A stretch of 64,000 nucleotides of DNA from Paragordius varius (Eukaryota; Animalia; Nematomorpha), in the NCBI GenBank assembly GCA_964247055.1, contig OZ176054.1, forward strand, positions 4,650,001 through 4,714,000. The letters run 5' to 3'. A program made the position numbers and the translations under genes. Below the pieces are notes generated by a model. It saw only the letters and a list, made by a program, of their open reading frames with translations, had not been told where the DNA came from and did no database searches. Of this stretch, positions 52,801-64,000 are shown piece after piece. Each line of letters opens with the position of its first letter. The first letter of the stretch is position 1.

Positions 52801-55800
52801 ATGGGTATAAATTGATTGTTGAAAGTGATGGTTGATTTTTGGATATTCTAATATTAGCATGGTTAAAATTAATTTACTGTTGAAAAGTGATGGTTGATTG
52901 GATGTTCTATTAGCATGGGTAATATAAATTGATTGTTGAAAAGTGATGGTCGATTGTTGGATATTCAAATATTAGCATGGGTTATATAAATTGATTGTTG
53001 AAAGTGATGGTTGATTGTTGGATATTCAAATATTAGCTTGGGTTATATAAATTGATTGTTGAAAAGTGATGGTTGATTGTTGGATATTCTAATATTAGCA
53101 TGGGTAATATAAATTTAGTGTGTAAAAGTGATGGTTGATTGTTGGATATTCTAATATTAGCATGGGTTATATAAATTGATTGTTGAAAAGTGATGGTTGA
53201 TTGTTGGATATCCCAATATTAGCATGGGTAATATAAATTGAATGTTGAAAGTGATGGTTTATTGTTGGATATTCTAATATTAGCATGGTTAAAATAAATT
53301 TATTGTTTAAAGTGATGGTTGATTGTTCGATATTCTAATATTAGCATGGTTAAAATAAATTTATTGTTGAAAGTGATGGTTGATTGTTGGATATTCTAAT
53401 ATTAGCATGGTTAAAATTAATTTACTGTTGAAAAGTGATGGTTGATTGGATGTTCTATTAGCATGGGTAATATAAATTGATTGTTGAAAAGTGATGGTCG
53501 ATTGTTGGATATTCAAATATTAGCATGGGTTATATAAATTGATTGTTGAAAGTGATGGTTGATTGTTGGATATTCTAATATTAGCTTGGGTAATATGAAT
53601 TGATTGTTGAAAAGTGATGGTTGATTGTTGGATATTCTAATATTAGCATGGGTAATATAAATTGATTGTTGAAAGTGATGGTTGATTGTTGGATATTCTA
53701 ATATTAGCATGGGTAATATAAATTTAGTGTGTAAAAGTGATGGTTGATTGTTGGATATTCTAATATTAGCATGGGTAATATAAATTGATTGTTGAAAGTG
53801 ATGGTTGATTTTTGGATATTCTAATATTAGCATGGTTAAAATTAATTTACTGTTGAAAGGTGATGGTTGATTGGATGTTCTATTAGCATGGGTAATATAA
53901 ATTGATTGTTGAAAAGTGATGGTCGATTGTTGGATATTCAAATATTAGCATGGGTTATTTAAATTGATTGTTGAAAGTGATGGTTGATTGTTGGATATTC
54001 TAATATTAGCTTGGGTAATATGAATTGATTGTTGAAAAGTGATGGTTGATTGTTGGATATTCTAATATTAGCATGGGTAATATAAATTGATTGTTGAAAG
54101 TGATGGTTGATTGTTGGATATTCTAATATTAGCATGGGTAATATAAATTTAGTGTCTAAAAGTGATGGTTGATTGTTGGATATTCTAATATTAGCTTGGG
54201 TAATATAAATTGATTGTTGAAAGTGATGGTTGATTTTTGGATATTCTAATATTAGCATGGTTAAAATTAATTTACTGTTGAAAAGTGATGGTTGATTGGA
54301 TGTTCTATTAGCATGGGTAATATAAATTGATTGTTGAAAAGTGATGGTCGATTGTTGGATATTCAAATATTAGCATGGGTTATATAAATTGATTGTTGAA
54401 AGTGATGGTTGATTGTTGGATATTCAAATATTAGCTTGGGTTATATAAATTGATTGTTGAAAAGTGATGGTTGATTGTTGGATATTCTAATATTAGCATG
54501 GGTAATATAAATTTAGTGTGTAAAAGTGATGGTTGATTGTTAGATATTCTAATATTAGCATGGGTTATATAAATTGATTGTTGAAAAGTGATGGTTGATT
54601 GTTGGATATCCCAATATTAGCATGGGTAATATAAATTGATTGTTGAAAAGTGATGGTTGATTGTTGGATATTCTAATATTAGCATGGGTAATATAAATTG
54701 ATTGTTGAAAAGTGATGGTTGATTGTTGGATATTCAAATATTAGCATGGGTTATATAAATTGATTGTTGAAAAGTGATGGTTGATTGTTGGATATCCCAA
54801 TATTAGCATGGGTAATATAAATTGATTGTTGAAAGTGATGGTTTATTGTTGGATATTCTAATATTAGCATGGTTAAAATAAATTTATTGTTTAAAGTGAT
54901 GGTTGATTGTTGGATATTCTAATATTAGCATGGTTAAAATAAATTTATTGTTGAAAGTGATGGTTTATTGTTGGATATTCTAATATTAGCATGGGTTATA
55001 TAAATTGATTGTTGAAAGTGATGGTTGATTGTTGGATATTCTAATATTAGCTTGGGTAATATGAATTGATTGTTGAAAAGTGATGGTTTATTGTTGGATA
55101 TTCTAATATTAGCAGTGATGGTTGATTGTTGGATATTCTAATATTAGCATGGGTAAAATAAATTTATTGTTGAAAGTGATGGTTGATTGTTGGATATTCT
55201 AATATTAGCATGGGTAATATAAATTTAGTGTGTAAAGGTGATGGTTGATTGTTGGATATTCTAATATTAGCATGGGTAATATAAATTTATTGTTGAAAAG
55301 TGATGGTTGATTGTTGGATATTCTAATATTAGCATGGGTAATATAAATTGATTGTTGAAAGTGATGGTTGATTGTTGGATATTCTAATATTAGCATGGTT
55401 AAAATTAATTTACTGTTGAAAAGTGATGGTTGATTGGATGTTCTATTAGCATGGGTAATATAAATTGATTGTTGAAAAGTGATGGTCGATTGTTGGATAT
55501 TCAAATATTAGCATGGGTTATATAAATTGATTGTTGAAAGTGATGGTTGATTGTTGGATATTCTAATATTAGCTTGGGTAATATGAATTGATTGTTGAAA
55601 AGTGATGGTTGATTGTTGGATATTCTAATATTAGCATGGGTAAAATAAATTTATTGTTGAAAGTGATGGTTGATTGTTGGATATTCTAATATTAGCATGG
55701 GTAATATAAATTTAGTGTGTAAAAGTGGTGGTTGATTGTTGGATATTCTAATATTAGCATGGGTAATATAAATTGATTGTTGAAAAGTGATCGTTGATTG

Positions 55801-58800
55801 TTGGATATTCTAATATTAGCATGGGTAATATAAATTGATTGTTGAAAGTGATGGTTGATTGTTGGATATTCTAATATTAGCATGGTTAAAATTAATTTAC
55901 TGTTGAAAAGTGATGGTTGATTGGATGTTCTATTAGCATGGGTAATATAAATTGATTGTTGAAAAGTGATGGTCGATTGTTGGATATTCAAATATTAGCT
56001 TGGGTTATATAAATTGATTGTTGAAAAGTGATGGTTGATTGTTGGATATTCTAATATTAGCATGGGTAATATAAATTTAGTGTGTAAAAGTGATGGTTGA
56101 TTGTTGGATATTCTAATATTAGCATGGGTTATATAAATTGATTGTTGAAAAGTGATGGTTGATTGTTGGATATCCCAATATTAGCATGGGTAATATAAAT
56201 TGATTGTTGAAAGTGATGGTTTATTGTTGGATATTCTAATATTAGCATGGTTAAAATAAATTTATTGTTTAAAGTGATGGTTGATTGTTGGATATTCTAA
56301 TATTAGCATGGTTAAAATAAATTTATTGTTGAAAGTGATGGTTGATTGTTGGATATTCTAATATTAGCATGTTTAAATTAATTTACTGTTGAAAAGTGAT
56401 GGTTGATTGGATGTTCTATTAGCATGGGTAATATAGATTGATTGTTGAAAAGTGATGGTCGATTGTTGGATATTCAAATATTAGCATGGGTTATATAAAT
56501 TGATTGTTGAAAGTGATGGTTGATTGTTGGATATTCTAATATTAGCTTGGGTAATATGAATTGATTGTTGAAAAGTGATGGTTGATTGTTGGATATTCTA
56601 ATATTAGCATGGGTAATATAAATTGATTGTTGAAAGTGATGGTTGATTGTTGGATATTCTAATATTAGCATGGGTAATATAAATTTAGTGTGTAAAAGTG
56701 ATGGTTGATTGTTGGATATTCTAATATTAGCATGGGTAATATAAATTGATTGTTGAAAGTGATGGTTGATTTTTGGATATTCTAATATTAGCATGGTTAA
56801 AATTAATTTACTGTTGAAAGGTGATGGTTGATTGGATGTTCTATTAGCATGGGTAATATAAATTGATTGTTGAAAAGTGATGGTCGATTGTTGGATATTC
56901 AAATATTAGCATGGGTTATTTAAATTGATTGTTGAAAGTGATGGTTGATTGTTGGATATTCTAATATTAGCTTGGGTAATATGAATTGATTGTTGAAAAG
57001 TGATGGTTGATTGTTGGATATTCTAATATTAGCATGGGTAATATAAATTGATTGTTGAAAGTGATGGTTGATTGTTGGATATTCTAATAGTAGCATGGGT
57101 AATATAAATTTAGTGTCTAAAAGTGATGGTTGATTGTTGGATATTCTAATATTAGCTTGGGTAATATAAATTGATTGTTGAAAGTGATGGTTGATTTTTG
57201 GATATTCTAATATTAGCATGGTTAAAATTAATTTACTGATGAAAAGTGATGGTTGATTGGATGTTCTATTAGCATGGGTAATATAAATTGATTGTTGAAA
57301 AGTGATGGTCGATTGTTGGATATTCAAATATTAGCATGGGTTATATAAATTGATTGTTGAAAGTGATGGTTGATTGTTGGATATTCAAATATTAGCTTGG
57401 GTTATATAAATTGATTGTTGAAAAGTGATGGTTGATTGTTGGATATTCTAATATTAGCATGGGTAATATAAATTTAGTGTGTAAAAGTGATGGTTGATTG
57501 TTGGATATTCTAATATTAGCATGGGTTATATAAATTGATTGTTGAAAAGTGATGGTTGATTGTTGGATATCCCAATATTAGCATGGGTAATATAAATTGA
57601 TTGTTGAAAAGTGATGGTTGATTGTTGGATATTCTAATATTAGCATGGGTAATATAAATTGATTGTTAAAAAGTGATGGTTGATTGTTGGATATTCAAAT
57701 ATTAGCATGGGTTATATAAATTGATTGTTGAAAAGTGATGGTTGATTGTTGGATATCCCAATATTAGCATGGGTAATATGAATTGATTGTTGAAAAGTGA
57801 TGGTTGATTTTTGGATATTCTAATATTAGCATGGTTGAAATTAATTTACTGTTGAAAGGTGATGGTTGATTGGATGTTCTATTAGCATGGGTAATATAAA
57901 TTGATTGTTGAAAAGTGATGGTCGATTGTTGGATATTCAAATATTAGCATGGGTTATTTAAATTGATTGTTGAAAGTGATGGTTGATTGTTGGATATTCT
58001 AATATTAGCTTGGGTAATATGAATTGATTGTTGAAAAGTGATGGTTGATTGTTGGATATTCTAATATTAGCATGGGTAATATAAATTGATTGTTGAAAGT
58101 GATGGTTGATTGTTGGATATTCTAATAGTAGCATGGGTAATATAAATTTTGTGTCTAAAAGTGATGGTTGATTGTTGGATATTCTAATATTAGCTTGGGT
58201 AATATAAATTGATTGTTGAAAGTGATGGTTGATTTTTGGATATTCTAATATTAGCATGGTTAAAATTAATTTACTGTTGAAAAGTGATGGTTGATTGGAT
58301 GTTCTATTAGCATGGGTAATATAAATTGATTGTTGAAAAGTGATGGTCGATTGTTGGATATCCCAATATTAGCATGGGTAATATATATTGATTGTTGAAA
58401 AGTCATGGTTGATTGTTGGATATTCTAATATTAGCTTGGGTAATATGAATTGATTGTTGAAAAGTGATGGTTGATTGTTGGATATTCTAATATTAGCATG
58501 GGTAAAATAAATTTATTGTTGAAAGTGATGGTTGATTGTTGGATATTCTAATATTAGCATGGGTAATATAAATTTAGTGTGTAAAAGTCATGGTTGATTG
58601 TTGGATATTCTAATATTAGCATGGGTAATATAAATTGATTGTTGAAAAGTGATGGTTGATTGTTGGATATTCAAATATTAGCATGGGTTATATAAATTGA
58701 TTGTTGAAAAGTGATGGTTGATTGTTGGATATCCCAATATTAGCATGGGTAATATAAATTGATTGTTGAAAAGTGATGGTCGATTGTTGGATATCCCAAT

Positions 58801-61800
58801 ATTAGCATGGGTAATATATATTGATTGTTGAAAAGTCATGGTTGATTGTTGGATATTCTAATATTAGCATGGTTAAAATAAATTTATTGTTGAAAGTGAT
58901 GGTTTATTGTTGGATATTCAAATATTAGCTTGGGTTATATAAATTGATTGTTGAAAAGTGATGGTTGATTGTTGGATATTCTAATATTAGCATGGGTAAT
59001 ATAAATTTAGTGTGTAAAAGTCATGGTTGATTGTTGGATATTCTAATATTAGCATGGGTAATATAAATTGATTGTTGAAAAGTGATGGTTGATTGTTGGA
59101 TATTCAAATATTAGCATGGGTTATATAAATTGATTGTTGAAAAGTGATGGTTGATTGTTGGATATCCCAATATTAGCATGGGTAATATAAATTGATTGCT
59201 GAAAGTGATGGTTTATTGTTGGATATTCTAATATTAGCATGGTTAAAATAAATTTATTGTTTAAAGTGATGGTTGATTGTTGGATATTCTAATATTAGCA
59301 TGGTTAAAATAAATTTATTGTTGAAAGTGATGGTTTATTGTTGGATATTCTAATATTAGCATGGGTTATATAAATTGATTGTTGAAAGTGATGGTTGATT
59401 GTTGGATATTCTAATATTAGCTTGGGTAATATGAATTGATTGTTGAAAAGTGATGGTTTATTGTTGGATATTCTAATATTAGCAGTGATGGTTGATTGTT
59501 GGATATTCTAATATTAGCATGGGTAAAATAAATTTATTGTTGAAAGTGATGGTTGATTGTTGGATATTCTAATATTAGCATGGGTAATATAAATTTAGTG
59601 TGTAAAAGTGATGGTTGATTGTTGGATATTCTAATATTAGCATGGGTAATATAAATTTATTGTTGAAAAGTGATGGTTGATTGTTGGATTATCTAATATT
59701 AGCATGGGTAATATAAATTGATTGTTGAAAGTGATGGTTGATTGTTGGATATTCTAATATTAGCATGGTTAAAATTAATTTACTGTTGAAAAGTGATGGT
59801 TGATTGGATGTTCTATTAGCATGGGTAATATAAATTGATTGTTGAAAAGTGATGGTCGATTGTTGGATATTCAAATATTAGCATGGGTTATATAAATTGA
59901 TTGTTGAAAGTGATGGTTGATTGTTGGATATTCTAATATTAGCTTGGGTAATATGAATTGATTGTTGAAAAGTGATGGTTGATTGTTGGATATTCTAATA
60001 TTAGCATGGGTAAAATAAATTTATTGTTGAAAGTGATGGTTGATTGTTGGATATTCTAATATTAGCATGGGTAATATAAATTTAGTGTGTAAAAGTGGTG
60101 GTTGATTGTTGGATATTCTAATATTAGCATGGGTAATATAAATTGATTGTTGAAAAGTGATGGTTGATTGTTGGATATTCTAATATTAGCATGGGTAATA
60201 TAAATTGATTGTTGAAAGTGATGGTTGATTGTTGGATATTCTAATATTAGCATGGTTAAAATTAATTTACTGTTGAAAAGTGATGGTTGATTGGATGTTC
60301 TATTAGCATGGGTAATATAAATTGATTGTTGAAAAGTGATGGTCGATTGTTGGATATTCAAATATTAGCATGGGTTATATGAATTGATTGTTGAAAAGTG
60401 ATGGTTGATTGTTGGATATTCTAATATTAGCATGGGTTATATAAATTGATTGTTGAAAAGTGATGGTTGATTGTTGGATATCTCAATATTAGCATGGGTA
60501 ATATAAATTGATTGTTGAAAGTGATGGTTTATTGTTGGATATTCTAATATTAGCATGGTTAAAATAAATTTATTGTTTAAAGTGATGGTTGATTGTTGGA
60601 TATTCTAATATTAGCATTGGTAATATAAATTGATTGTTGAAAAGTGATGGTTGATTGTTGGATATCCCAATATTAGCATGGGTAATATATATTGATTGTT
60701 GAAAAGTCATGGTTGATTGTTGGATATTCTAATATTAGCTTGGGTAATATGAATTGATTGTTGAAAAGTGATGGTTGATTGTTGGATATTCTAATATTAG
60801 CATGGGTAAAATAAATTTATTGTTGAAAGTGATGGTTGATTGTTGGATATTCTAATATTAGCATGGGTAATATAAATTTAGTGTGTAAAAGTCATGGTTG
60901 ATTGTTGGATATTCTAATATTAGCATGGGTAATATAAATTGATTGTTGAAAAGTGATGGTTGATTGTTGGATATTCAAATATTAGCATGGGTTATATAAA
61001 TTGATTGTTGAAAAGTGATGGTTGATTGTTGGATATCCAAATATTAGCATGGGTAATATAAATTGATTGCTGAAAGTGATGGTTTATTGTTGGATATTCT
61101 AATATTAGCATGGTTAAAATAAATTTATTGTTTAAAGTGATGGTTGATTGTTGGATATTCTAATATTAGCATGGTTAAAATAAATTTATTGTTGAAAGTG
61201 ATGGTTTATTGTTGGATATTCTAATATTAGCATGGGTTATATAAATTGATTGTTGAAAGTGATGGTTGATTGTTGGATATTCTAATATTAGCTTGGGTAA
61301 TATGAATTGATTGTTGAAAAGTGATGGTTTATTGTTGGATATTCTAATATTAGCAGTGATGGTTGATTGTTGGATATTCTAATATTAGCATGGGTAAAAT
61401 AAATTTATTGTTGAAAGTGATGGTTGATTGTTGGATATTCTAATATTAGCATGGGTAATATAAATTTAGTGTGTAAAAGTGATGGTTGATTGTTGGATAT
61501 TCTAATATTAGCATGGGTAATATAAATTTATTGTTGAAAAGTGATGGTTGATTGTTGGATTATCTAATATTAGCATGGGTAATATAAATTGATTGTTGAA
61601 AGTGATGGTTGATTGTTGGATATTCTAATATTAGCATGGTTAAAATTAATTTACTGTTGAAAAGTGATGGTTGATTGGATGTTCTATTAGCATGGGTAAT
61701 ATAAATTGATTGTTGAAAAGTGATGGTTGATTGTTGGATATTCAAATATTAGCATGGGTTATATAAATTGATTGTTGAAAAGTGATGGTTGATTGTTGGA

Positions 61801-64000
61801 TATCCAAATATTAGCATGGGTAATATAAATTGATTGCTGAAAGTGATGGTTTATTGTTGGATATTCTAATATTAGCATGGTTAAAATAAATTTATTGTTT
61901 AAAGTGATGGTTGATTGTTGGATATTCTAATATTAGCATGGTTAAAATAAATTTATTGTTGAAAGTGATGGTTTATTGTTGGATATTCTAATATTAGCAT
62001 GGGTTATATAAATTGATTGTTGAAAGTGATGGTTGATTGTTGGATATTCTAATATTAGCTTGGGTAATATGAATTGATTGTTGAAAAGTGATGGTTTATT
62101 GTTGGATATTCTAATATTAGCAGTGATGGTTGATTGTTGGATATTCTAATATTAGCATGGGTAAAATAAATTTATTGTTGAAAGTGATGGTTGATTGTTG
62201 GATATTCTAATATTAGCATGGGTAATATAAATTTAGTGTGTAAAAGTGATGGTTGATTGTTGGATATTCTAATATTAGCATGGGTAATATAAATTTATTG
62301 TTGAAAAGTGATGGTTGATTGTTGGATTATCTAATATTAGCATGGGTAATATAAATTGATTGTTGAAAGTGATGGTTGATTGTTGGATATTCTAATATTA
62401 GCATGGTTAAAATTAATTTACTGTTGAAAAGTGATGGTTGATTGGATGTTCTATTAGCATGGGTAATATAAATTTATTGTTGAAAAGTGATGGTCGATTG
62501 TTGGATATTCAAATATTAGCATGGGTTATATAAATTGATTGTTGAAAGTGATGGTTGATTGTTGGATATTCTAATATTAGCTTGGGTAATATGAATTGAT
62601 TGTTGAAAAGTGATGGTTGATTGTTGGATATTCTAATATTAGCATGGGTAAAATAAATTTATTGTTGAAAGTGATGGTTGATTGTTGGATATTCTAATAT
62701 TAGCATGGGTAATATAAATTTAGTGTGTAAAAGTGGTGGTTGATTGTTGGATATTCTAATATTAGCATGGGTAATATAAATTGATTGTTGAAAAGTGATG
62801 GTTGATTGTTGGATATTCTAATATTAGCATGGGTAATATAAATTGATTGTTGAAAGTGATGGTTGATTGTTGGATATTCTAATATTAGCATGGTTAAAAT
62901 TAATTTACTGTTGAAAAGTGATGGTTGATTGGATGTTCTATTAGCATGGGTAATATAAATTGATTGTTGAAAAGTGATGGTCGATTGTTGGATATTCAAA
63001 TATTAGCATGGGTTATATGAATTGATTGTTGAAAAGTGATGGTTGATTGTTGGATATTCTAATATTAGCATGGGTTATATAAATTGATTGTTGAAAAGTG
63101 ATGGTTGATTGTTGGATATCCCAATATTAGCATGGGTAATATAAATTGATTGTTGAAAGTGATGGTTTATTGTTGGATATTCTAATATTAGCATGGTTAA
63201 AATAAATTTATTGTTTAAAGTGATGGTTGATTGTTGGATATTCTAATATTAGGAATGGTTAAAATAAATTTATTGTTGAAAGTGATGGTTGATTGTTGGA
63301 TATTGTAATATTAGCATGGTTAAAATTAATTTACTGTTGAAAAGTGATGGTTGATTGGATGTTCTATTAGCATGGGTAATATAAATTGATTGTTGAAAAG
63401 TGATGGTCGATTGTTGGATATTCAAATATTAGCATGGGTTATATAAATTGATTGTTGAAAGTGATGGTTGATTGTTGGATATTCTAATATTAGCTTGGGT
63501 AATATGAATTGATTGTTGAAAAGTGATGGTTGATTGTTGGATATTCTAATATTAGCATGGGTAATATAAATTGATTGTTGAAAGTGATGGTTGATTGTTG
63601 GATATTCTAATATTAGCATGGGTAATATAAATTTAGTGTGTAAAAGTGATGGTTGATTGTTGGATATTCTAATATTAGCATGGGTAATATAAATTGATTG
63701 TTGAAAGTGATGGTTGATTTTTGGATATTCTAATATTAGCATGGTTAAAATTAATTTACTGTTGAAAGGTGATGGTTGATTGGATGTTCTATTAGCATGG
63801 GTAATATAAATTGATTGTTGAAAAGTGATGGTCGATTGTTGGATATTCAAATATTAGCATGGGTTATTTAAATTGATTGTTGAAAGTGATGGTTGATTGT
63901 TGGATATTCTAATATTAGCTTGGGTAATATGAATTGATTGTTGAAAAGTGATGGTTGATTGTTGGATATTCTAATATTAGCATGGGTAATATAAATTGAT
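31800..64000. repeat. Tandem satellite, 61-62 bp monomer, head-to-tail in one orientation, over 500 copies, continuing past the window
   Basis: Consensus AAAAGTGATGGTTGATTGTTGGATATTCTAATATTAGCATGGGTAATATAAATTGATTGTTG (62 bp; successive starts 31821 and 31883). No unique spacers, TE insertions or inversions were seen by eye. Confidence 0.98.

Noticed and set aside
30752-63850. About 50 minus-strand ORFs (MNIQQSTITFQQSIYITHAN..., MLILEYPTINHH...)
   Set aside because: They are translations of the 61/62-bp satellite. The minus strand is stop-poor because of base skew, and ORF limits simply follow monomer length variants. No domain or splice structure.
31800-64000. CRISPR-like repeat array
   Set aside because: No unique spacers, no cas genes, and a eukaryotic intron-containing context.
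31800-64000. Telomeric repeat or CENP-B box
   Set aside because: TTAGCATGGG only superficially resembles TTAGGG/TTAGGC. No short telomeric tandem array and no CENP-B-box-like TTCG....A..CGGG motif was seen.

Overview
AT-rich, intron-containing animal (metazoan) genomic DNA in two very different halves. Bases 1-~30,400 are gene-bearing. They hold a multi-exon MASK/ANKHD1-ANKRD17 orthologue (minus strand, 3' end runs off the window), a TE-filled divergent intergenic region, a complete 12-exon adenylosuccinate lyase gene (plus strand, 488 aa) and a convergent ~227-aa coilin-like gene. The ADSL and coilin-like genes share one 12-bp palindromic AATAAA/TTTATT poly(A) signal. Many introns are ultra-short (22-31 nt, GT-AG) and sit beside 0.1-1.3 kb introns, which recalls dicyemid-type genomes; the host cannot be assigned from sequence alone. 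TEs are two TTAA-flanked piggyBac-like MITE families, a hAT Charlie/Buster deletion derivative and decayed RTE-clade LINEs. From ~30,400 to the window end lies a ~33.5 kb array of a 61-62 bp satellite. It has a degenerate edge, three variant-defined layers, a sharp internal breakpoint and nested higher-order repeats (185, 425, 487, 492 and 738 bp; 2.3-9.5 kb). All ORFs predicted in the satellite are artefacts. The strongest novelty candidates are the micro-intron system, the miniature coilin and the layered higher-order satellite next to housekeeping genes. All lengths and offsets were counted by hand and should be re-computed.
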